A stretch of 63,179 nt of DNA, the filler included. It is 11 parts of 11 records of this genome, joined end to end, with 100 filler letters (N's around TTAATTAATTAA, not from the genome) between each part and the next. Parts side by side here need not be neighbours in the genome. Positions count along the whole stretch, not along the records: positions 45,909 to 55,177 come from SRR7504441_810; positions 55,278 to 58,828 come from SRR7504441_820; 9 more parts are not named here. One strand, written 5' to 3'. Below the pieces are notes generated by a model. It worked only from the letters and a program-made list of their open reading frames with translations, did not search any database and was not told the DNA's origin. Position numbers and translations under genes: made by a program. Position 1 is the first letter of the stretch, and the number at the start of each line of letters is the position of its first letter. This document shows, piece by piece, positions 48,901-58,928 of the stretch.

Positions 48901-51900
48901 TTCATGGTGCAGGAATTGATCTTCAGACTGCAGCATGGGGCTCGGGAATTCAGATGACAACGAAGGGCGGGCAAGTGAGGATGGGGGATATTGTCGTTGA
49001 CCATGGGGCCATCGAAAGTGCAAATGCTATGAACCCGCTGCTCCTCAGGTCATCAGTTGGGGTCACTATTGGGGATGACAGAACTGACACACGGATCGAT
49101 GCAAGGTCGCTCTCATTGTACTCGTCTGGGCAGACTGAGATCAGCTCAGAAGCAATACGGATTGCAGCCCAAGGAAATTCTGGAATCGAGTTGGATGCAA
49201 CTGTTGTCAGGGTGGCAGATACTGAAATAAGTGGAGCTTCCCTCACTATGGCGGACAAAGCAAAATCAGCTATACTTCGCTCTGAATCATCGATTAGTGT
49301 TAAACCAAGCCATTCTTTGCTCCTTAGCAGCGCTGACTTGACACTCCTGTCACGTCAGCACACAACCATTAGTTCATCCGAGGCCTTGTCAATGACAACA
49401 GGATGGAATGGGCAGGTAGCAGCCCTAGTCCGTGGCGGTGATCTGCAGAGCCAAGATGTGAGGATCTCAGGCAGCACACTGATGTCTTCGAGCATGAAGG
49501 GCCTGCTGCTAGATGCCCCTGCTGGCATCACGCTGTCGAGCCCAGTGCGCATTAACAACAATCTTGAAGTAGAGACCGACGAAATTTCGATGCATGCTGG
49601 CAAGATGTCATTCGAAGCAGATGACCTTTCGTTCTCCACACGTGGTGGTGAAATCCGGGCAAATGGCCTTATCTTGGACGGTACACAGATTTCGTCTTCT
49701 GATCTCCTCAAGCCTGTTGAGATGGCCTCGACCCATGCACTGTCGCTGGCTAGTCCTGAATTGACGGTGACAACTGGCACTTTTGATGTCAGGGCTCAGG
49801 ATCGAATATCAATCAAGGCAAAATCTGTCGAGCTAGAGAGTGGTTGGAATCGGCCAATCGAATTCAGCAATGAACTTCAAGTCCAGTCACTGGAACTTAC
49901 TGGCCAACGGCTACAGAGCACTGACGAGATTCGAGGCTTGTCCCTGCACAGCAAAAGCTTAGTCTTCAGTGGGAGCAAGCAAAGACTCCAGGCGGAGAAA
50001 ATCGAGGCCAGTGCAAGTCGAATGGACCTGAAGGCAGACGTTCTGGATGTTACTGCAGATCAAATCAAACTTGATGCTGTGGGAAGCGAGACCCAGATAG
50101 GCGCATTGCGCCTGGGTGGGGTGGCAGTGGAAACAGAATCGCACCTGACTAAGCCGCTGCTGCTTAGTTCAGACGCTGGTGTCGTGCTCAAAACAGGCTC
50201 TGGCAAGCATGTGTCAATCCATGGCTCGGTGCATGCAACAGGCCCTAGCACCCTCATCGAGGGCGACCAAGTCAACCTGCGAGCTACAGGATGGGGCGAG
50301 GCTGTGAAGCTTGAAGGAAGAGTTGCCATTGGAAGTGCTCTAACAATCAATGGGCCAAGCGTGCATGCCACTGATCATGTGAAACCGTTATCTGTGAGAG
50401 GCGACCTTCTTGAGCTGCAAGCTAAAGACGAGCTTCGTGTTGAGGCTGATATCATTTCTGTGAACGCTGCCAAGGATGTTTCAATATCTGGCGACACTGT
50501 GCTATTACAGAGCAGTCTCAACAAGAATGTAGAGATCAAGCCTACTGGGGGAGCTCTTCTGGTGGATTCCCTGGTACTAGATGGTCACACGCTCCAGACT
50601 TACAACAGCCCTAAAGGCATGCTAATGAGGTCTAACGACATTGGAATCGAAGCAGCAGGCTCCGTAGAGCTTCGCAGTGCAACTGAGCTCCAGGTCCGGA
50701 GTAAATCAGTCATATTCGACGCTGCATCAATCCAGATGGAGACCGAATGGGGGACCTCTGGTATTGTGGTCGACAAGAGCTTAAAGGTGGGCGAGAGTCT
50801 CGAGATTGCTGGCAACACAATCAACTCAGGTGATATCCTTGCTGGCCTCCACATGAGGAGCAATGATGAAATAAAACTTCAATCTCACAAAGGAGTTCGG
50901 ATTGACGGTGCACTTTCTACGAGTGGCAACGCTCCTGTATCACTCTCAGGATCTTCTGTGCACCTTTCTGGGCCTGTGCGAGTCGAACCCCGTGGAGGCG
51001 ACTTTCAGGTCGAATCTCTCGAGATTGATGGCGCTCAAGTCCGGTGGTCGGATAAAGTGAAGCCTTCTACGTTGAGCGCATCAAAGAACCTCGAACTTAG
51101 GGCTGCAGACGAGATGAACATTAGTTCTGAACATGTTACCATCCATGCACAATCCAAGCTCGAGTTGTCCTCACAGGAGCTACGGATGGCAACCTCTGGC
51201 TGGAATCGTGACATCAATCTCCAAACGTCCGGTGGAGCAATTGTCGCGGGCGGACTGGTTCTTGATGGCTCCAGTGTCAATCCTACTGGTGATCACTCGC
51301 CATTGCTTCTCAGGCATAGCCGCGGCATCATCGCTCGGGCTGATACACTGGAAGTTGACAGCCACGATGTTCTCATCTCAGCGGCCAATATGATCGAAGT
51401 AGCAGCCCAGCGAGTCGAGCTGCAGAGTCAAGATGTAAGAATACGGACTTCGCCACTGACTGTAGGCTCGCTCAACTTAGATGGCTCAGGCGTAAATTCT
51501 GATGATGCTCTTGGAAACCTCCTACTTGATTCTCGTCGTGATCTTGTTCTGCAATCTGGTTCCGGGCACGGTGTTCAAATTTTCGGTGCTTTCGAGGCGG
51601 ATTCGCCCCAGGTTAGTCTGACAGGGGATAAGATCAACCTTAGTGTCTCTGGTTTGAATGAGAATCTTCAGCTTGGGCTTCGTGGAGGTGATTTGATGGT
51701 CGATTCTGCTCGCTTTTCGGCAGCTGGATTCGAAAGCCTTGAACGCGTCAAGCCACTTTCCATTCGTGCTGCACATTCCCTTGAGCTCAAAAGCAAAAGT
51801 GTGGGGCTTGATGCTAGTGAGTTGATGCTTTCAGGCGACAGGATTGATTTGCGTTCACCCACACTCGCAGTTTCAACTGGATATGGTGGAGAATTAAGCT

Positions 51901-54900
51901 TTGGGGCTGCTGGGAACCCTGTCCAAGTGTCTGGAATCAATATCGAGGGCAGCGAGCTCCGGCCCGTCCACCTCCACAGTCATCTCAATCTGCGTGCGCA
52001 ATCGCTGGGAATCGCAGCTGAAGACGAGCTGCGTCTAGCATCGAGCTCTGTCGAGATTTCAGCAAGGGACTCCGTGCAGGTGATGGCTTCCCAGACAGTG
52101 CTCCTCGCCAACCAAAAGCTGAACCAGCCTATCAGACTAGATACAGCAGGAGGAGATGTCCAAGTGGATGACACGCGTCTGAATGGAAATTCCCTTTCAA
52201 GCACCAGCATTGCAGGGCTGACAATCCAGTCTGATGAGCAGTTGTTGCTGAAAGCAGGAACAAAGCACAGCGCTTACATTTCTGCACGGGCTGTCGAGCT
52301 CAAAGGAGAAGATGTGCTTGTTGACTCAAGGGCTATTACAATGAGAGCAGAAACAATAGAACTCGATCCCCAGGGCATGGGTGGCTCTGTTTTGCTTGGT
52401 GAGAGCATGGCAATCACGGGACCGCGGCTTAGCCATCAGTCAGAAACCAAGGCACTGCTGCTTCAGGCAGCTGGTGGAATGGCCATTCAAGCCAAAAGCA
52501 TTCACACTACCGCTGCCGTGTATGAAGTCGAAGCAAAGCAGTTGGAGCTCAAGGCGTCAAAAATTGAGATGGAAACTGGATGGAACCAAGCCGTGACCCT
52601 GAATGGCGAGGTTAGGGTTGGCCAACTTGCTATGGAAGGCTCGTCTCTTTCCTCACAGAGTGCCACAGGACTTAACTTTCATTCTGATCGAGAATTGCGT
52701 CTGCGCTCAGACCAGGTGCTGGCCTTGACCAGCACAGATGCGGTGCAGGTTGTGTCTGAGGGTTCTGCAACCCTGAAGAGCGAGCAATCCATATCACTGC
52801 AGACGGCATGGGGTGGGACCACCAGGGTCAGCAGTGGGCTTCTTGTGACTGATGCACTGGAGCTCAGTGATACCCACTTGACTAGTAGTGACGCTGTGCA
52901 AGGACTTGGCATTGAATCTGCCGGCGATCTTACGCTGAGGGCTGGGGATGGTCAGGAAGTGCGGCTCATAGGGAGCACAGTCGAAGTTGAATCGGCAAAG
53001 CCTTTCAGTTTAACAGCAAATACGATAGAGCTCGAGACAAATGGGCTGAACGGTGACATTCGGCTTGCGCCTCGTGGTGGGGATGTCTTGGCAGCCGGTT
53101 TGCAGCTTGCACCCACTGAGATCCAGACTCAGGATCCCGTCAAGGGCTTGGTCCATCGCCACTCTCACCTGAGATATATTGCTGAGGATGGCCAGATTGA
53201 GTTATCCGCACCAGAGACGATTATCAAGGCTACTGAAGCATTCATACAAGCAAATCAGATTCAACTTCAGTCTGGTTGGGACAGGGATATACAGTTAGAT
53301 GCTACTGAGGTTGCCGTAGGGGAATCTGGCATGGTACTTGGCGGCACAAAACTGTATACCGAAGGAGAAGGGGGCAAGCCTCTTCTACTTCGCTCATCAA
53401 AGGCTATCATCGGACGTGCTGACCATGTGGGCTTGCAAGCACAAGATATTACGATGTCAGGCACTGAAGCTGTGAACATTGCAGGCAGTCGTGTTGGAAT
53501 CGAGACTAGTTATGGGGGAGATGTTCGCGTGTCTCATGGGCCTCTTAGAGTTGGTGGTCTTGCGCTCGCTGATTCGAGCCTGAAGTCAGAGCACAGTCTT
53601 GTACTGCAGTCCAGACAAGATATTTCACTTGCCTCACAGGTGGGTACTACCCGAATTCAGGCCGGGGAATTTGTGGTCTCAACGGCAGAGAGGCTGCACA
53701 TGGATGCATCAAAAGTAGAGTTAAATGCAGACGAGACTGTAGTGACTGGAGCTCTGCGAATGAATTCAATTGAGATGGATGGATCCAGAATCAGTCATGT
53801 TGGACAAGTGCTTAAGCCATTGAGGATCGCATCCACCTCTGCAGTGGACATCCAAGGCTCAGAGACTCTCAGCCTGCGGGGAGAGTCGCTCACAATGCAG
53901 CATGAGCGTCTCAGTTTCGATGCACAGCACATCTCGATTGGCAGCACGAAGTGGGATGCTTCAGATCTCTCACTGAAAGGCCGCACTGTCTTTGCAGATG
54001 CCATAGCAATTGATGGCCCGACTCTGGACAGCTTGGAAACGGTACACCCGCTGCAGCTGCGAGCAAAGACGCTAGGGCTGGTGGCCTCTGATCGATTGGA
54101 CATGCAGGCAGGCAACGAAATCGATATTTCTGCGGCAAAACTGGAGCTGCACAGCAAGCAGGGCATCAGGCTCTCCACAGGCTGGAACGCGGAGGTAACC
54201 ACAGACGCCGGTCTTGCAATTGGAGACCATGGTCTGAGGTTCAGTGGTGCAACAATCGGAACTTCCAGCCTCAATGTGAAAGACTTGGTCCTTGAGTCTG
54301 AAAAGGACCTAACGCTCAAGCCACAAGGAGCCGTCCTGGTGCATGGTGGACTAGTAGTGGACTCAGAGTCTCCCTTCAAAGTTGCCAGTCCATCCATCGA
54401 GCTCGAGGCTGCCCCAATGGGACAAGGCGTGAGCATCCAGTCCCATGGAGGAGCTGTGCGAATTGCAAAGGTCCAACTCAAGGGCACACGTATCAGCTCT
54501 CTAGATGCAGTCAAAGGTCAGGCTATCGGTAAGAACAGTTCTCCAATTCAAATGCGTGGCAGTGCCATAGGGCTGTCTACTGAAGGATCCATGGATTTGA
54601 CATCTAAAGCGGCAATAGACCTGAAAGCACAATCGATTCTGCTGGATACCGGGCCATGGGGTGGAGTAACAGTTGGGAGGCGCGGATCGGTTCAAGTGGC
54701 AGGCATTGATTTTGATGGTCAGAGCATCAGGCCTGCTGAATCAGCTAATGCATTAACATTGCGCTCTGAAAACGCTGTGGCACTCAAAGCCCACAGCCTC
54801 GAGGCGCAGGCAACCGACATTGATCTCACAGCTACAGGCAGTGTTGAAATTTCAGCGGCTACACTGCAGCTCAAGACCGCGCATGACAGGCTAGTAGACA

Positions 54901-55177
54901 TTACAAATGGCCTGCGAATTGGACACAGCGGGCTGCAGATTGATGGATCCTCTGTGGAAGGAGTGTCGCCTGTGAGCCCCTTGAAACTCAGTTCAGGGCA
55001 TCAGTTGGACCTGAAAGCCAGTGGCTTGCTTCATATGAGATCAGATGCCCTGACACTTGCTGCTGATCAAGGTGTCAAACTGGTTGCTCCATCGATTGGT
55101 TTCGCAACGGGCCTGAATGGAGATGTAAGAGTTGAGGCAAGAGGTGGTGCGTTTGCCATTGGTGATGAAATGAAGTT
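45909..55177 (+). CDS. Giant beta-strand repeat protein (>3089 aa, both ends missing)
   Basis: One uninterrupted frame across the whole contig; ~75-80 aa unit TGWNxxIxL...GGxV...LxLDGxxIxSxDxLK(G/P)LxLxS. Confidence 0.9.
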
Positions 55178-55607
55178 NNNNNNNNNNNNNNNNNNNNNNN
55201 NNNNNNNNNNNNNNNNNNNNNTTAATTAATTAANNNNNNNNNNNNNNNNNNNNNNNNNNNNNNNNNNNNNNNNNNNNTTATCCAGATAATTATAATTATT
55301 CGTTTATGTGGTTGTGTTTCTCACTGGACTTTGCAATCTCCCAAGTTCAAACGATCGAATTAATTTGGTTCCAAATATATATGTATTACTATTGTAATAC
55401 AATTGAAGTTCGAGTACTACAATCGAAGTACGAGTACTAACTACTTGGAATAGTAATTAGTAACTTGATTGTCCCAATCATCAACACAATAATGAAAACT
55501 TCCGCACTTAGACAGAATCTCCAAGGATTTGGTCTATTGTATAACGTAACGTTGATCAGCATGACTAACTCAGCCGCCAAAGAACACAGATCAGAATCTG
55601 GATTGGC

Positions 55608-58600
55608 CTAGAACAATGGGGCGTCGTGGCCCTCATCCATCACCTTGAACAGTTTATTCTTGGCCGACGGCTTGCTAGCCACGTCCTGCAGGCCCACATT
55701 TACTCACTGGCCCATTATGTAGCAAAGCAGGCTCTCACCCGGAAGAGAGAGGAGCGGTCCATTATGGTGCGCAGATCCTCATCGCTCAGGTGCTCCTTGT
55801 TGATCTTCTCATCAGCATACCTGTTATCACGACGGTAAATATTAATCGCGTTAGCTAAATACTTGTCCTCGAGCATGTCCATCAGCTCCTGTACATCGAC
55901 CGCCTTGATGTCCTCCTTCTTTGAAGTAGCGCCTGAATCACAAGCCCTTAGACACAGTCATTCGAGCTCTCAGCCTCACCAGCCTCAACAAACTTTCCAT
56001 TTGAAACCACCAGGTGCTCCAGCCGCCGCTTGTTGGCTGCTTTCTCGATCATCTTCTCCTCGACAGAGTTGGCCGCACACAGTCTGTAGACCAGAACAGG
56101 CTTCTTTTGGCCAATCCGGTGGCAGCGGTCCTGCGCCTGCGGTCCGAGTGTTGAACAGTCACAACCCGGATATTGAAAACAGCACCTGTAGGTCGGCTTG
56201 AGGGTTCCAGTCACTATCAAAGATCACAACAGTGTCTGCGGCCACCTACCACCGGCTATACATGGTGCCCGCAGGTGGCAGCACCAGGTTGATTCCGAGT
56301 CCACCGGCGCGCGTGCTGAGCAGGAAGCAGTTGACGTTGGGCGACTTGTTGAAAGAGTCCATCTGATCCTGCATGAAGCGCTCTCAGCCACAGACCAGAG
56401 GGCAAAAGCGCTCTCAGCCATAAGTCACCTGCCGATCGTCCAGCTTGGTTGATCCATCGATCCGGCAGTAGTTGAACCCCCTGTTGGCTGGGGTGAGGCC
56501 ATGTGTCGGTGCTCTTAACGCTGTTATCATCATCACCGCAAGATCATGTAGTCCTCGATGATTGAGAGCATCTTGGTCATTTGCGAGAAAATCAAAACCT
56601 TGTGCTTCTGAGCAAAGAGCTTGGGCAGCAGCCTGCGCCAACGCTCATTTGCTGATCACAAAAGGTTAAGAGCGTCACCGGTCGAGCAGTGCCATCTTAC
56701 CAGAGGAGCTCACCTGATCGCACTGATAAGAATGAAGATACATCTAACACAATCACCAGCGACTCGTCGGTCTGGCCTGGGTCGACTTCCTCAAACAAAA
56801 ATGGATGGTTGCACACCTGATCATAGCAATAATAATAATTATAACAATAACAATAATAATAGCCGGGGGCGCTATGCCTTGCGGAGCTGCATCAGGAGAT
56901 TGTTGAGCGAAGTCTTGGGAAGCGGCTTGGCAGTGCTCTTTTTGGTGCTAGGGGCCAGCTCCTTGGACATTTTGAGCGCCTTTTTGCCCCTGTGCTTGGC
57001 CGAAACCTGGCATCGCCAACGTTCAAAGCATTTCTTGCTTAAGGCTCGACCTTGGCCTGCACCAGCTCGTCCATATCCTCCGACTCGTCCACCTGCAACA
57101 GTCAGTTAGCGTCAAACAAATTGAAACTACGGTACCGCGTGCAGCCATTGGCGCTCTGTCATCCCCTGAGCCTCATCGTAGCATACATCCTCCTTAGCCC
57201 GCTGGCCTCTGCCCATCGGCTCCTCCTCCTCGTCGCTCTCAGGCGGCTCGATTGAGCGGTACATGAGGATATTCCGGTACATCCTGAGCTGCTCAGCCGA
57301 GTTGCCACAGTAGAGCACGATCTCCTTTTTCCGCGGAATTTCCTACAGGCCACCTATCATTAGTGAGAAATTATTCTTAATGGACCAGGTCAACGTCCAT
57401 TTTCTGCCGACGGAGCATGAATGGCTTCAGGATTGAGTGAAGCTTGGCCACTATCTGATTCTCCTGCTCCTGCTGAATGATCCGGTTGGCGTCGGCCACG
57501 TTTGAATGGTCAAAGTCAAACCTTTGGTGACCGCCAATCAGCATCAAATTTGAATCAAACGCACCAGCTCTGGAAGGCGGCGAGCGAGTCAAAGATGTCC
57601 GGCAAGATAAAATTCAGCAGAGACCTGAACATGATAGTCATATGAACAACAATAACAGTTCACACCACAGCTCAGTCAGATCGTTCTGAAGGGGCGTGCC
57701 CGTGAGCAGCAGCCGATTCGAGGCCGGGACAGTCTTCAAATCCCGAATCAACCTGCACTACCAGCTCAATTCCCTCATTCAAAGCCACCGCCCACCTGCA
57801 GTCCTTGTTCTTGAGCCGGTGGCCCTCATCCACCGTGAGATATTTCCAGCCAGTGCTCCAGGCCCGGGCCGGCCGCTGCAGGAACGCGATGTCCCGCATT
57901 GCAATCTCGAAGGAAGTCACCACAACATGCACCTGCAGCTGGTTATTTCACATCAAACTAGACTTGCACCTCGTCAGTGCCCCACTTCTTGCGGAGCGCA
58001 GTCCGCTCGGCCTGGTCACGCATATCAATGAATAAATAATGAGATTTAGCATGATGCCTGGGAGCCATGGTAGAGTTGCGGACTCATTGCCGGGCACCAG
58101 AACTCAACCTCGCGCACCTGAATAAATAAATGAAGATTTCCCAATTGCTCGCCCGCACCCAGTTCCGGAGCACTGACAGCGGGCCCACCACCAGGAACGG
58201 ACCCTGTCAAGCATGTTCCCAGTCACGTGCTGACGCACACAGTTAACCCACCCGGACGCCTTGCGAAAAGATGTGTGCCAGGAACGCAATCGTCTGGACA
58301 GTCTTGCCCAGGCCCATCTCGTCGCCCAGGATCCCGTTCATCCCGTTCTCGTACAGCGACACCAGCCAGGCCGTCCCTTGCAGCTGGTAGTCCCTCATCT
58401 TCCCGCCGACGATCAGCTCCGGTTGCACCTCATTGCCCTCGGTCTTAGGTTGCTTGCCCTTCCCCCCGGTTGAGGCAGCCTTGCGTTTCTGGCCGACTTG
58501 CTGGCCGTTTTCCGTTGCCAGCTCGTCCCCGGTGGACTTGTTGGCACCCTGGATCTTCGCATCCACCTTCCTGATCTGGGAGCTCACGAATTTCGAGTAG

Positions 58601-58828
58601 CACGCAGTCTTGTCGAGCAGGGAGTGCAGGCTGTCCATCACAATCAGCCCCTGGCCCACGGGCGATGGCTATGCCTGTCCATGCGCTTGCGCTCCTTGTT
58701 GGTGTCGAGGGATTTGAGCACCTCGCCGGCCTCTAGCTGCTTCTGGCTCTCGGCCAGGTCGCTTTGCTTGTTCAGCTCGGCCTCCATTTTCTCCAGCTTC
58801 TCCACGCTGCGGAGAAGCTCCCGGCGGC
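55608..58828 (-). CDS. DDM1: SNF2-family chromatin remodeller DDM1/HELLS (5' truncated; 21 introns)
   Basis: [81 protein letters not shown] after manual splicing. Confidence 0.92.
56828..56861. repeat. Imperfect (AAT)n microsatellite inside a GC-AG intron
   Basis: aataataataattataacaataacaataataata. Confidence 0.8.
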
Positions 58829-58928
58829 NNNNNNNNNNNNNNNNNNNNNNNNNNNNNNNNNNNNNNNNNNNNTTAATTAATTAANNNNNNNNNNNNNNNN
58901 NNNNNNNNNNNNNNNNNNNNNNNNNNNN

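Noticed and set aside
46622-54901. Many minus-strand ORFs under the giant gene
   Set aside because: Antisense shadows of the + frame codon pattern.
12247-58928. Repeated TTAATTAATTAA flanked by N runs
   Set aside because: Artificial six-frame-stop linker; adjacency across it carries no biological meaning.
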